Below the pieces are notes generated by a model. It was not told the DNA's origin, ran no database searches, and saw only the letters and a list, made by a program, of their open reading frames with translations. 60,053 nucleotides of DNA from a phage, in assembly GCA_012409925.1 (NCBI GenBank), contig GCA_012409925.1_4804.1; one strand, given 5' to 3'. Each line of letters starts with the position of its first letter. The first letter of the stretch is position 1. Both the position numbers and the translations under genes were made by a program. Below are positions 34,945 to 44,844 of this stretch, in pieces.

Positions 34945-35337
34945 TTAATCCTGTTTGGATTGAATAGTTAATTTTACGTAAGCCTTTCCGATTACTTTTG
35001 CGCGTTTAAATTCTATTGCGCGAAGGAGTTCGAAACGCATCCAAGTGGTGCGACAAGGTTGGCCGTCGACAATCTCATAGATGATGCCGTCGCTATCATC
35101 ACTTGTCGGGAATGCATAAACGCTTCCAGAAGAATTGACCATTTTGACAACAGTATATTCTTCGCCGGATGTTTTCATAAGGTCAATTTGCAAGTCACGA
35201 TAGGCCAGTTCAGCGGCGATGTCCGACTTGCTGTAAAGTCCTTCTTGAGTCATGGCATAGATGTGGCGCGTATAATAGCCGCCCTCGTCGAGTTGCTCAA
35301 TGTCACGTTGCCCGACTGCGTAGTATTTGTTGGTCAT
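34945..35337 (-). CDS. hypothetical protein, 130 aa
   Basis: ORF track. Confidence 0.45.
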   Translation of the reverse strand: MTNKYYAVGQRDIEQLDEGGYYTRHIYAMTQEGLYSKSDIAAELAYRDLQIDLMKTSGEEYTVVKMVNSSGSVYAFPTSDDSDGIIYEIVDGQPCRTTWMRFELLRAIEFKRAKVIGKAYVKLTIQSKQD

Positions 35338-35738
35338 GGTGTCACCTTTTCATAGACAGTTGCAACTGCGCCTTCGCCTTTGTTGGCGTGCAGCTTAATG
35401 ATTATGTGCATCGCGGCGCGCAACGGGTTGTCGTGATTGCCGCTGCATTTAAATGATGCAATGTCCATGCCGTCCAACGCGACGTAAGCCGAGTAGTCAC
35501 AGTTCGGTTCTTTGTTGCCGCAGTTGCGCACGACGCTTACATCATTGGCAAGCATCACGGGCCACGCAGCGGTGATGTCGTTGCAATAATCGCGCGGATA
35601 AGGGAAACGGCCTTGTGGGTCGACCAGCCCATGCACGTACTCGTTGATGATTGCATCACTAAGATTGAACAGCGAGTCGGTGCCGCCGTAAAGCTCACCT
35701 TGCACCAGTTCTTCTAAACGTTCTTTATGTTGATTCAT
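35334..35738 (-). CDS. hypothetical protein, 134 aa
   Basis: ORF track; ATGA overlap. Confidence 0.45.
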   Translation of the reverse strand: MNQHKERLEELVQGELYGGTDSLFNLSDAIINEYVHGLVDPQGRFPYPRDYCNDITAAWPVMLANDVSVVRNCGNKEPNCDYSAYVALDGMDIASFKCSGNHDNPLRAAMHIIIKLHANKGEGAVATVYEKVTP

Positions 35739-36076
35739 TTAACCTTCTCCAATTGGAATCTTGTTTCTGGAAAGCCTGCGACAAACATGTCACGACCCTC
35801 GACATCACGCTTCACGAACCAACGCATCCCGTTGACGACCGTGAAGACAATTTGCCTTCCATCAATAATAAGTCCTTTTGCCTCATAAAGCAAATAAGTC
35901 TGACCGACTTTGAAGCTTAACATATCCTTGCTTGTGCTGATGCACTTGAGCCGCCACTGGGTGAGATTGGATTCGTTCGCCTCGATGTCAACAACCTTAC
36001 CGCGCAGCGGCGATGTGCGCTGAAGCTCTTGCATCTGCTCGTCGAAAGTTAGCTCACGTCCTTCTTGCTCTTCCAT
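35735..36076 (-). CDS. hypothetical protein, 113 aa
   Basis: ORF track. Confidence 0.45.
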   Translation of the reverse strand: MEEQEGRELTFDEQMQELQRTSPLRGKVVDIEANESNLTQWRLKCISTSKDMLSFKVGQTYLLYEAKGLIIDGRQIVFTVVNGMRWFVKRDVEGRDMFVAGFPETRFQLEKVK

Positions 36077-36585
36077 TATTCCTCCACGACGCGATAAGCA
36101 ATGATGTCGTCGCCAAAAGGTCTACCGACAATTTCCCATGTCATACTATCCGAAAGTACAGGCCTTCTTGATTCATAACCGTCTCGAAGCTTATACATAA
36201 CTTTCTTACCTGGTACTGGATTCGAGTCGCTGCCGTCCCAATCAATCCAGCCGTCAGCAGTCTTTTGCTTATCCTTCAAATGCTCATGCTTCTCACCGAT
36301 GTGGGCAATTGGCTGGCTGCTTTTGTAAAAGAATCCAAGCGCAACATCGTAGCACGGGTGGCTATGGGAAAGGCAGATGTCATCGCACCAAAGCTCCATG
36401 GTGCGCGACTTAAGCGTCATCATATTAGTATACCACTCGATGGTGTAGTGGTCGTTAAGGTTGCCGACGATATAGAAGTTGCGACAAAAATGCGCGCCAT
36501 CATCCGACTTCTCACGACGCCAGCTTTTGATTGCTCCTGCTTTAACAGCCATTTCCAATACTGCTTCGAGTTGTTCGATTTTCAT
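36076..36585 (-). CDS. hypothetical early protein sharing C-terminal module with 34516..34941
   Basis: ORF track; C-terminus ...NPVPGKKVMYKLRDGYESRRPVLSDSMTWEIV...IIAYRVV. Confidence 0.5.
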   Translation of the reverse strand: MKIEQLEAVLEMAVKAGAIKSWRREKSDDGAHFCRNFYIVGNLNDHYTIEWYTNMMTLKSRTMELWCDDICLSHSHPCYDVALGFFYKSSQPIAHIGEKHEHLKDKQKTADGWIDWDGSDSNPVPGKKVMYKLRDGYESRRPVLSDSMTWEIVGRPFGDDIIAYRVVEE

Positions 36586-36818
36586 TTCTTTACTCCTAGT
36601 TCAATTTGATAGCCGATTGACAATTCATTTTCGCCGATGTTGAATGCATCAACGGGCTGCGACATCACCGCCTTTAAATATACCTTCTTGCGTCGCTTCG
36701 CCTTGTACAAACAACGGTCGCCGCTGCGGTTGTAGATGTTAAGCCAGGTGCGCTTGCTAATCTTATACGGCACATGCGGCTTGATGAATAATAAGCGTGC
36801 TTTAAGGTTGGATGTCAT
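36582..36818 (-). CDS. hypothetical basic protein
   Basis: ORF track frame; start at internal ATG 36818 forming ATGA overlap with upstream stop. Confidence 0.4.
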   Translation of the reverse strand: MTSNLKARLLFIKPHVPYKISKRTWLNIYNRSGDRCLYKAKRRKKVYLKAVMSQPVDAFNIGENELSIGYQIELGVKK

Positions 36819-37000
36819 TGTTGTCGTCTCCAAACTGCTTGTAATGTTTTCTGATCAAACTTAGACAGCGTTTCACGCTCCGAAGCCTTAAGGAATCGTG
36901 TTCCAAAGAACAGCATGCCTTGCGGCGTTTTAACGAGAGACACGCCTTTGTTACGGTAAAAGCTGACCAAGGCTGATGCGTTGTGGACTTCGGTACTCAT
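36815..37000 (-). CDS. hypothetical protein, 61 aa
   Basis: ORF track frame; start at ATG 37000 forming ATGA overlap. Confidence 0.35.
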   Translation of the reverse strand: MSTEVHNASALVSFYRNKGVSLVKTPQGMLFFGTRFLKASERETLSKFDQKTLQAVWRRQQ

Positions 37001-37302
37001 AAATTCCCTCCAAACGTTGCGACACGGATTCCGCAACGTTCAAATGTCAACATAGGGTTAAGGCCGTCGGCACAAGTGATGAATAAATCATCAACAACAA
37101 GCTCATACCCTCCGACGTAAAGTATAAACTTATCATCGGTGTTATTTAATAAAAGGTTTGCGGCGATGCCGCCTTGATTATTACTAAATCCTATTGCATT
37201 TTCTCCGCTGACTTGCGCCTCATTAAACTCTTTAATGGCACCACAGTCCACGGCTTCTTGCAAAGCGTTCAAAATCTTTTTCTTCATTGCTTCGGTACTC
37301 AT
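36997..37302 (-). CDS. hypothetical protein, 101 aa
   Basis: ORF track. Confidence 0.45.
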   Translation of the reverse strand: MSTEAMKKKILNALQEAVDCGAIKEFNEAQVSGENAIGFSNNQGGIAANLLLNNTDDKFILYVGGYELVVDDLFITCADGLNPMLTFERCGIRVATFGGNL

Positions 37303-37601
37303 AGCTCACCCTCTTTAAAAACAAATCCGCTGATAACAGATTGATAGTAGTTCACGCCGCGCACCTCTACAACCTTGCACCGATGAGCCTGACCCTTGTA
37401 TTCTATCCACCAGACTTCCATATCAGGCAAGCTGTTGCGACGCGTCAACCAGCCGTGAAACAGCTTGTATGTTTCGCCGACCTTAAAAGGTTTCAGCGTA
37501 CCGTAAGAATCAACGTTGAATACGCAGACAACATCTTGGCTGTCCTTACATACAGCATCGTGAAATAATCCACTTCTGCCAAACCTTTCGTCGTAACTCA
37601 T
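37299..37601 (-). CDS. hypothetical protein, 100 aa
   Basis: ORF track frame; start at ATG 37601 with GGAG RBS. Confidence 0.45.
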   Translation of the reverse strand: MSYDERFGRSGLFHDAVCKDSQDVVCVFNVDSYGTLKPFKVGETYKLFHGWLTRRNSLPDMEVWWIEYKGQAHRCKVVEVRGVNYYQSVISGFVFKEGEL

Positions 37602-37679
37602 AATCAAATCTCCTTTGCTTGATGAACTAAGTATAATACAGGCAAACAAAAAGGCAAGCATTTAGCTCACCTTTTTGAA

Positions 37680-37940
37680 TTAAATATTCTTCGCCTCTTC
37701 GTGGAGGCCGACTGACCTTAGTTTGCGTCGCAAGTAAGCTTTCTTTTCACTCTCCCGCCCTTTCGGAGTAACGCGCCAGCGTAATGTGTTCTCCAGATTC
37801 TTGCGTCGGTTGTGCTCGTCAAGTAGCTCTACCAGTGCCTTTGCGTCGTCGAGTGTTAACGCCACAGGCCGCGACCCATTAACGGCTTGTCGAAGCTTCC
37901 GCGCGACAACGGCTAACTTAGTCATCGGACCCTTGTTCAC
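37680..37940 (-). CDS. hypothetical basic protein, 86 aa (regulator candidate)
   Basis: ORF track; Arg/Lys-rich. Confidence 0.4.
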   Translation of the reverse strand: MNKGPMTKLAVVARKLRQAVNGSRPVALTLDDAKALVELLDEHNRRKNLENTLRWRVTPKGRESEKKAYLRRKLRSVGLHEEAKNI

Positions 37941-38320
37941 GGCAACTCCTTATTCATAGGCGTGATAGACAACACCTTCACTTCAGTGATGTCACGGTTG
38001 TATTCGCGCTTCATTTGTAGAATCTGAGATTGGATGCGCGCGATAAAGTGCGGCGTGATTCCTTCCTTAACGTTAATCCAGGCCGCAAGCTGAATTGAGT
38101 CGATGTCGCTTCTCAATGTCGTTGGACAGTAAATCGTACTTGGTGCGCCGTAAGCCCGTTGCACTTCATAAGCAGAAGCTTTGAATGACACAAGAAACAT
38201 TCTTTCTTCAAGTTGGCTTTCGCTATTAGGATTCTTATCACAGTTAGTCATGTGCTGCACAAACTCTTCGTGTGGAAGGTGCATTACATCGTGGCAGTAA
38301 GGGCAACGCTTCATTCTCAT
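37937..38320 (-). CDS. Cys/His zinc-finger-like protein
   Basis: ORF track frame; start at ATG 38320 with GGAG RBS; MRMKRCPYCHDVMHLPHEEFVQHMTNCD. Confidence 0.45.
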   Translation of the reverse strand: MRMKRCPYCHDVMHLPHEEFVQHMTNCDKNPNSESQLEERMFLVSFKASAYEVQRAYGAPSTIYCPTTLRSDIDSIQLAAWINVKEGITPHFIARIQSQILQMKREYNRDITEVKVLSITPMNKELP

Positions 38321-38535
38321 TTTGCATACTCCATAGCATATTGCTGCAACTTGAATGCAGCTTTGTTTAGTTGTTTGTGTCTTGCGTACAAGCACTCACG
38401 TTCTTCTTCAGGACAATCGGCACGAAGAATTGTCATTGCAATGCTTGACATGGCATTAAGGGTGCGCTGAAAAGCCGACACCATACGCAACTCATTGCGC
38501 TTATTAAAAGACAACTTACCCAGCGCGGCATTCAT
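38317..38535 (-). CDS. hypothetical protein, 72 aa
   Basis: ORF track frame; ATGA overlaps at both ends. Confidence 0.4.
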   Translation of the reverse strand: MNAALGKLSFNKRNELRMVSAFQRTLNAMSSIAMTILRADCPEEERECLYARHKQLNKAAFKLQQYAMEYAK

Positions 38536-38849
38536 AATCGCACCTCGACACACGATTCACTAGCCTCGAAGCTCCAGCCTTCCAGCCCGACTTCGCCGCA
38601 ACAGCGCACCTTTGCCCAACCAGTCATGAGCCATTGGTGATACTTTTCGAAGTAGGTCGGCTTTTCTGAATAACAATGTACGAGGCCGTCATTGTCAATG
38701 GCCACGTAACGCGTCCAAGGCGCGACGGGTACAACTACGTCGCCGTGGTCCTCTGGCCAAGGCTTGATGTGTACAGCTGTGTTCAAGTCTACGTTTAACA
38801 CGCTTCCTAACCGCTCGTCTTGTTCCTTGTCGATGCCTAAGTAAATCAT
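38532..38849 (-). CDS. hypothetical protein, 105 aa
   Basis: ORF track. Confidence 0.45.
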   Translation of the reverse strand: MIYLGIDKEQDERLGSVLNVDLNTAVHIKPWPEDHGDVVVPVAPWTRYVAIDNDGLVHCYSEKPTYFEKYHQWLMTGWAKVRCCGEVGLEGWSFEASESCVEVRL

Positions 38850-38934
38850 AATTCACCTCACTTGTTCGTCTTGATGAAAAGAGTATAAGCATTGATAAAA
38901 GAAAAGGCAAGCATTTAGCTCACCTTTTTGATAT

Positions 38935-39267
38935 TCATTTTACATAGTGGAGTAGGTCAATTTCTATCTGATCACGCGTCCTTGTTATCTTTGTGTCGCC
39001 CGTTCGGCAGGAGAATCGATAGATGGTTAGCTCACCGTCACTCCCTCTATCAAACTTCATGCTGGCTAGTCGACAAGCGCATATTGCATTAAGCTTTTCG
39101 CCATAAGACAGAAGATTAAAGGTCAACACGGTGTTGCCCATTCTTGCATTTTCTTTTATGCACTTCTTTAAGAAGTAATAAGAATCAGCAAAGGCATTCG
39201 CCTTCTTCCACACTTCCTTTATCAGTCCACGCTCATGCGCGGCGAGTATCTGATCACGTGTCATCAC
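38935..39267 (-). CDS. hypothetical protein, 110 aa
   Basis: ORF track. Confidence 0.45.
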   Translation of the reverse strand: MMTRDQILAAHERGLIKEVWKKANAFADSYYFLKKCIKENARMGNTVLTFNLLSYGEKLNAICACRLASMKFDRGSDGELTIYRFSCRTGDTKITRTRDQIEIDLLHYVK

Positions 39268-39500
39268 TGCACCTCTGTTATTCCGGTGATGCGCACGATG
39301 ACCGTGTCATCAAGATTGAACTGTTGCCGCGCGACGCGCTTGATGTCATCCTTAAGGTCCGCGATTAGTTCGCGCGTTAACACCGTGCGCTCTGAGACAT
39401 CGTATTGAACGTCAAAGGTATATTCCCCATAAAACACGGCACCGTCGGGAAGTTGAACGACATAAAATGCCATGTACATCGCGTTGATATAGTCTTCCAT
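39264..39500 (-). CDS. hypothetical protein, 78 aa
   Basis: ORF track; ATGA overlap. Confidence 0.45.
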   Translation of the reverse strand: MEDYINAMYMAFYVVQLPDGAVFYGEYTFDVQYDVSERTVLTRELIADLKDDIKRVARQQFNLDDTVIVRITGITEVQ

Positions 39501-39847
39501 TAAGTATTCTCCACTGGTCGACGGATGAGTTTACGCAATCCTTCAGGCCATACCTTCTTGATGACGGCCTTTGCAGGGCTGGATGAAAGCTTCTTAAGCT
39601 TCAATACAACACATTCCTGTTCTTCGTCGCGCTGCGCATGGATAACGACGCGCGCTTGTCGGTCGATGACCATGACATCGCCAATGCGAATGTCTTTTAC
39701 CAACACGCCCATCTCCTTCGTGCCGGATACGCCATTGATGTGATCAAAACCTTTTCGCAGCGGCTTCATTATTTCTTCTCCTGCCATTTCTCTGACACGT
39801 TTCTTAATCTCTGCGCCAAACAACACTTCGTCTTTAACATGAGCCAT
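39500..39847 (-). CDS. hypothetical protein, 115 aa
   Basis: ORF track frame; start moved to internal ATG 39847 to limit overlap with upstream gene. Confidence 0.4.
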   Translation of the reverse strand: MAHVKDEVLFGAEIKKRVREMAGEEIMKPLRKGFDHINGVSGTKEMGVLVKDIRIGDVMVIDRQARVVIHAQRDEEQECVVLKLKKLSSSPAKAVIKKVWPEGLRKLIRRPVENT

Positions 39848-40325
39848 GGTCGAGTACCTTATAGAATTTAGTGGTGAATCGCTCGTCGCCATAGTAGCGA
39901 TATTTGCCGCCGCCAGTGTTATCAAACCTTACCCATTGAATTAAAGTCTGATCAGCGTCGTGCGACACGTGAATCACTCGGCCATTGACAGGAATTGCAC
40001 CCTCTTCCGCGTCCTTGCTTATGATTGAGTCGCCGTTCTTTATGTCAAATATGTCAATTGGCTTAAGGCGCGGCTTTTTATCAACATAAGTTTTAATAGG
40101 AACTCTTACGCAACGTGATTGATGGCAAATGGGTCTTGTTGCACCGTTGACGTTGCGCTTCAGCAATTCATCAATGGCATAGTCAACATCATCACTTTCG
40201 AACTGCTTCATAATGAAGTCTCTTACCTTTACGCGAAGGTTAACATCTGCTTCTGCACGTCTCAATGCGTGTAAAATTTCTTTAGCTTCTTCTTTGTTTA
40301 ACATTAAAGGGCGATTGATGATCAT
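39834..40325 (-). CDS. hypothetical protein, 163 aa
   Basis: ORF track. Confidence 0.45.
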   Translation of the reverse strand: MIINRPLMLNKEEAKEILHALRRAEADVNLRVKVRDFIMKQFESDDVDYAIDELLKRNVNGATRPICHQSRCVRVPIKTYVDKKPRLKPIDIFDIKNGDSIISKDAEEGAIPVNGRVIHVSHDADQTLIQWVRFDNTGGGKYRYYGDERFTTKFYKVLDHGSC

Positions 40326-40327
40326 AA

Positions 40328-40483
40328 TTAGCCTCTGATTTGTGACACAAAACGTTTATAATGTTCTTTTGCCAGGACGCGTGCGCGCTCTTTCGTATGG
40401 CCGCTGGCTTCAAGTACGCGGCGAAGCTGCTTGATTGCGTCTGCCTTACTGATTTTATTATCGTTAAATTGATATTTATTCAT
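40328..40483 (-). CDS. small protein, 51 aa (below ORF-track cutoff)
   Basis: ATG 40483 in ATGA overlap with upstream stop; MNKYQFNDNKISKADAIKQLRRVLEASGHTKERARVLAKEHYKRFVSQIRG; stop 3 nt before next start. Confidence 0.35.
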   Translation of the reverse strand: MNKYQFNDNKISKADAIKQLRRVLEASGHTKERARVLAKEHYKRFVSQIRG

Positions 40484-40701
40484 GCTTCACAAGCCGCCTT
40501 TATTTGACGTGGAGTTACAATGACGACTTCACCAACCAGTGACTTGTCATCTTCTTTTACTGTATCGATTCTTACACGATAGTGATTGCGACCGCGCGAA
40601 TCAGTAAGGTGTTGATCCAGCTCAAGGATGGTGCCTGCGCGCATATTCTGTCCTGACATCCAACGGATGCGGTCCCCAGCCTTAAGAGTTTTCTTTCTCA
40701 T
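40480..40701 (-). CDS. hypothetical protein, 73 aa
   Basis: ORF track frame; start at internal ATG 40701 (MRKKTLKAGDRIRW...); the Arg/Cys-rich N-terminal extension of the track ORF is unlikely to be coding. Confidence 0.4.
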   Translation of the reverse strand: MRKKTLKAGDRIRWMSGQNMRAGTILELDQHLTDSRGRNHYRVRIDTVKEDDKSLVGEVVIVTPRQIKAACEA

Positions 40702-40708
40702 CTTCAAC

Positions 40709-40987
40709 TCACTTATAGTATTTAAACATTGCCGCGCAAAAGTCTTGCATGGCATTCTTGATTTGCTTCTTGAACAACGGGTCATGCATCGTCTCAACAT
40801 TCGTCTTAATCCGAACGTGACCGATAACATCAAACGCAGTCGCTGGCATCGGCTCATAGATTTCATGATCATTCAAGATTATATCTAGCCTTGACTCAGA
40901 AATCACGGGATAATTCTTGCCAGCAGTAAATTGGTCATCAATAGATGATGTGCATTTGACAAAGAATACTTTGTATGTAGTAATCAT
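40709..40987 (-). CDS. hypothetical protein, 92 aa
   Basis: ORF track; AAGGA RBS. Confidence 0.45.
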   Translation of the reverse strand: MITTYKVFFVKCTSSIDDQFTAGKNYPVISESRLDIILNDHEIYEPMPATAFDVIGHVRIKTNVETMHDPLFKKQIKNAMQDFCAAMFKYYK

Positions 40988-41158
40988 AGAGAATCCTTCG
41001 GGCCGCAGTAGCGCCCGTCCAGGTAGCGGTCATATTGGATTAAAGCGAATGTTTTCAACGAAAGGTTACGGCGCTTAAACAGGTGACCCGTTGATGGATT
41101 CTGCTCGTGCGCCGTTGGATAAAGGCGTGTCAGGTAGTGGATGAGGACTTGTAAAGCT

Positions 41159-41383
41159 CTACGTTGCTTTGTTATTCTCCCCTGTGTATTCATGGCTGAA
41201 TCTACCCTCTGTCAATATCCGGTCATGGATGACTATACCAGTGCAGCGCAGGCGGTTGGCATTGCTTCGCGCCTTTGCTGCTTGATGAGGATTGAACAAG
41301 CCAAACAAACTAGCCTTAAAAGCAAACTGGTAATATTTGATTAAGGTACTAAGTGCTAACTCAATCCTGTCTAAATTAATCAT
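41159..41383 (-). CDS. hypothetical protein, 74 aa
   Basis: ORF track; GAGGTG RBS. Confidence 0.45.
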   Translation of the reverse strand: MINLDRIELALSTLIKYYQFAFKASLFGLFNPHQAAKARSNANRLRCTGIVIHDRILTEGRFSHEYTGENNKAT

Positions 41384-41422
41384 AATATCACCTCGTCAGA
41401 AAAGCAAATATTTTGATGATAA

Positions 41423-42070
41423 TTATCCTGTGGCCTGCATATTGCGTACATACTTCTGCTCTAATGAATAGATGAAGTCGGCGACCGTCAATCCTTTGGT
41501 GTGCCATTCATACATGGTGAAGCCTGTATTCAGGAAATAGCCGCGCACCTTGTCCATCGCTTCAGCTTCCTCCATTGAAGCCATCAGCGCGGCGACGTTG
41601 TCATAAGAAGGCACAAATCCCTTCTTGCGTAGCGCATTGCGCAAATCTTTAGTTCTGAAGCCAATCTTGCAAGGGTCATCGCGACCCGTGGATGATGCAA
41701 CCTTCGGTAGCGCAAGGAACTCTTTAAGGAACATGGCAATGTTCAAGTCGCCTGCATCATCAAGCTTTTGGATTCGGTTGCGACCGCGACCCTTGAATTC
41801 ACTCGCACGAGGGTGAGCGCCAAAACAGTGCGCCCCTTCCAGCTTAGGGTCAATGATCATCACATCTTTCCCGATGCGCAGCTCTACGTAGTAAAGATAA
41901 GACTCATCGACAAGCTTTGTACGCTTGCAAGTGATTGAGTCCTTATCATAACCAAAGCCACGCAACACGGTTGAGATCATTCGGTTCATTTCTTCGCCGT
42001 GAACGTCACTTTCTTTGTTCAGTTCACCAAGATGTTGAAAGAATTTAGCGATGTTGATTGCTTTATTCAT
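41423..42070 (-). CDS. hypothetical protein, 215 aa
   Basis: ORF track; immediately downstream of helicase gene. Confidence 0.45.
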   Translation of the reverse strand: MNKAINIAKFFQHLGELNKESDVHGEEMNRMISTVLRGFGYDKDSITCKRTKLVDESYLYYVELRIGKDVMIIDPKLEGAHCFGAHPRASEFKGRGRNRIQKLDDAGDLNIAMFLKEFLALPKVASSTGRDDPCKIGFRTKDLRNALRKKGFVPSYDNVAALMASMEEAEAMDKVRGYFLNTGFTMYEWHTKGLTVADFIYSLEQKYVRNMQATG

Positions 42071-43740
42071 CAGAATTCATCCTTATCTCTTCCCAAAGAA
42101 CGTTTACGCTCAATAACCTTCTTCAAGAATTCAATATCTTCAGGGTCAGACTCATCGCGGATAAGATACGCTAAGATGGTCATCAAATCAGAAATGTATT
42201 CTCCTGCTTCATTCTTAATCAGCGGCGTAAAGTACCCGCGCTGGTTGCGATAGGTTGCAGGCTCAAAACCAAGCTTCGACATGTGCGGCGCAAGGGTACG
42301 AGAGAAAGGCGACTTGCCACACTTCGCTCTGAATCCCATAGCAATAGCACCACTGGTGATGTGCCAGCGTCCGCTGTGATGTCGGTCATAAGGCGCGGTG
42401 ATGACGACTTCAACAAGGTCGTTGTCCACCATCTCATCACGGATAACGCCGCGCGCACGTTCCATTTCGTTTTTACTGAACTCAGTAAGCATTCGAGATG
42501 TTTCACCAACAAACGCGTTATAGCCTGCTTCGCCGTTCTTCTCCATCCACGCAGCGCACTCAGCCATAAGCTGCCAAACGTCTTCTTTCAAAGTGGAAAG
42601 GTCGGCTTGGAAGTCCTTAGACCAGTTCGGTTGCCCGTCCTTGTCAGCGAGTTGGCCAACAAAGATAGGGTACACACGACGGTTGCCCGTGTCGTCACGC
42701 TGCATGCCTGCGTATTCGTTGCCGTCCATGATCGCAATCCACTGGCGTGGTTTAACCTGCGTATCTTCAAATTTGAAGTCCAGGTCATCTTCCGTCTTAG
42801 TCAGGAATGCTTTCATGTTTTCGATGTCGGCCTTTTTAAAGCCTGTCATCTCGCCGACGTTCGCGATAATTGAGCGACCCGTAATAGCTCGCAAGAACGG
42901 GTTGAAGTTTTGCGCGGCTAAGTTCAACGGAATCGGTGTTGCGTGGCGGTCGTTCATAATAGCTTCGCAAAGCAGCTTGCTAAAATAACTCTTCCCTGCG
43001 TTCTGGCCGCCGATGAGCGCGATGGAGATTGGCGCTTGACAGCCAGGGTTGGTCAGGCGGTTGTAGAGCGATAGCCAAAAATACACACCGATTTGTCGGT
43101 TTAACTCTGTATCGAACGGTCGGAATAGCTCGATAAGGTATTTCTCGATGCGCGCAGTACCGTCCCATTCAGGCAGCTTCTTGTAGAAGAAGTCCATCAG
43201 GTCGTCGCGCTGATAACGCATGGCCCATTCCTTATAGGATTGAGCGACCTGACGTGAGTTTGGGTTGGACAACCCTGCTGCGTCGACAGCAGCGACTATC
43301 TCTGTGACTTCCAAGGTACGGTCAGTGAATGTTTCGCCGCGATGGTCGACTAAGCGCCCACGAAAAGTATCTTTGTGAGGGAATGGAACAATGCCACTTC
43401 CCTTATCAAACAACGCGTCGAAAACCGCATAACGGTTCATGTCACTCGTCCGGTCTGCCTGTAGAACGAAGTCATCTTTGGTAGGCTTGTAGTGAGGGAA
43501 CTTGATTACCTGAAGTGAGGCGAGCAAGCGTGCTCTTTCAACCAAGTCTTCTTCACCGTAGCATTCCATGCGCTCTGAATCTTTTTCAACAGCTTTGTGT
43601 TGAAGGCTGATTTTAGCTCTGGTGCCTTGCTGCTCTGCTGCCTGCATTTCTTCCGAAACACCTGCATCTTGAATTTCGTCAAAGATTGCACCAAATTCAT
43701 CACCTGTATCCTCTGGAAGATTGTCATTATTAATTGACAT
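42070..43740 (-). CDS. VirE/D5-like replicative NTPase (helicase-primase-associated)
   Basis: 556 aa; P-loop ...IALIGGQNAGKSYF...; conserved LPEWDGTARIEKYL segment; AGGAGG RBS. Confidence 0.6.
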   Translation of the reverse strand: MSINNDNLPEDTGDEFGAIFDEIQDAGVSEEMQAAEQQGTRAKISLQHKAVEKDSERMECYGEEDLVERARLLASLQVIKFPHYKPTKDDFVLQADRTSDMNRYAVFDALFDKGSGIVPFPHKDTFRGRLVDHRGETFTDRTLEVTEIVAAVDAAGLSNPNSRQVAQSYKEWAMRYQRDDLMDFFYKKLPEWDGTARIEKYLIELFRPFDTELNRQIGVYFWLSLYNRLTNPGCQAPISIALIGGQNAGKSYFSKLLCEAIMNDRHATPIPLNLAAQNFNPFLRAITGRSIIANVGEMTGFKKADIENMKAFLTKTEDDLDFKFEDTQVKPRQWIAIMDGNEYAGMQRDDTGNRRVYPIFVGQLADKDGQPNWSKDFQADLSTLKEDVWQLMAECAAWMEKNGEAGYNAFVGETSRMLTEFSKNEMERARGVIRDEMVDNDLVEVVITAPYDRHHSGRWHITSGAIAMGFRAKCGKSPFSRTLAPHMSKLGFEPATYRNQRGYFTPLIKNEAGEYISDLMTILAYLIRDESDPEDIEFLKKVIERKRSLGRDKDEF

Positions 43741-43800
43741 TTAATCCTCCTGATACGGCTTTGTTATATTGTTGCATGGATATATCCTTTCAGGGTGCGG

Positions 43801-43824
43801 TAAATAAACGCCAGAAATCTGGCG
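43801..43824 (-). terminator. terminator-like hairpin
   Basis: On minus strand CGCCAG-loop-CTGGCG followed by TTTATTTA. Confidence 0.4.
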
Positions 43825-43876
43825 TTGTATATTAATATAGTAAAACTCAATTTAAAGCAATATAACTGGTGAACTA

Positions 43877-44167
43877 TCAGCAAGGAAATTGGTTGGCGTA
43901 TGCCTTTCTCAATTTGTTTACTGATTGAACAGCATGAAGGTATTGGCAATCGGTGAAGATGCGGCGCAAATGATCCATAGAAGACAGGTCATCGTTAGTA
44001 ACCACCAGAATCTCTTCCGAAGGGCAACCAGCTTCTTTGACAATCTCATTGAGATTTGCGCCACTAATTTCTTCAACACGTTTCACCTCATCGATACCGT
44101 AAACATCAACGGCAACTTCGATGTCGTCATCGCTGATATTTTCACCATAAAGAATCACAATATTCAT
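43877..44167 (-). CDS. hypothetical acidic protein, 96 aa
   Basis: ORF track. Confidence 0.45.
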   Translation of the reverse strand: MNIVILYGENISDDDIEVAVDVYGIDEVKRVEEISGANLNEIVKEAGCPSEEILVVTNDDLSSMDHLRRIFTDCQYLHAVQSVNKLRKAYANQFPC

Positions 44168-44286
44168 TTACTCACCCCTGCCAAATAATATGCCATATCC
44201 AATACATATAATAGCCCCAGGATGATAACAAGGGAAATGATTAATGTGTATTTCTTTACGGCTTTCATAAGTATCTATACCTAAAT

Positions 44287-44550
44287 TTACTGTTGAGGAT
44301 CACCAATGGAGTCTGTCGCATCCCATTCAACGCGTGCTGTGCGCTCTGCTGGTGGGCAACCTTCGCCAGCGTAAAGCTCAACAACGCCTTCATGAGAGCA
44401 GCACTGGCACTCTACAAGGTCGCCATCTTCCCAGGCACCTTCCTCCGCGTTGCGATGCTGCCGCACCTTGATAACATCGCTTGCACAGTTAGGACAAGTC
44501 GAGAGATTGCGGGTGACGTTCCAGATGAACTCGTTACGGAAAGCGCCCAT
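44287..44550 (-). CDS. zinc-ribbon protein, 87 aa
   Basis: ORF track frame; start at ATG 44550 with GAGGTG RBS; CPNC...CQCC motif. Confidence 0.45.
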   Translation of the reverse strand: MGAFRNEFIWNVTRNLSTCPNCASDVIKVRQHRNAEEGAWEDGDLVECQCCSHEGVVELYAGEGCPPAERTARVEWDATDSIGDPQQ

Positions 44551-44551
44551 G

Positions 44552-44842
44552 CTACACCTCTTGATCTCTTTGCTGTTGAATCGCGGCTGAAGCTTCGTCA
44601 AAATTGACTGGCTCAACAGTGAACGTTGCGCTGACGGTAAGGTCTTTAATAGTCAGAAGTGTGTTGAATCGCTCGGCCTGAAGATTCATAGCGACATGCG
44701 TTGATACGTTAAGGATTGCACCAACAACTTCCTCCACTGCGTAGCCTGCAAACAAGGGGAGAATCTGGTTGACAAGCTTAAGCTCGTTTTCAACACGAAG
44801 CTTTTGCGCTTCTTCAACGGTCATCATTTTTGGTTCGTTCAT
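44552..44842 (-). CDS. hypothetical protein, 96 aa
   Basis: ORF track. Confidence 0.45.
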   Translation of the reverse strand: MNEPKMMTVEEAQKLRVENELKLVNQILPLFAGYAVEEVVGAILNVSTHVAMNLQAERFNTLLTIKDLTVSATFTVEPVNFDEASAAIQQQRDQEV

Positions 44843-44844
44843 TT

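Noticed and set aside
40984-41193. Track ORF 40984..41193 (-), 69 aa Arg-rich
   Set aside because: Overlaps two better-supported genes in other frames; has a plausible GAGGG RBS so a real overlapping gene cannot be ruled out, but not annotated.
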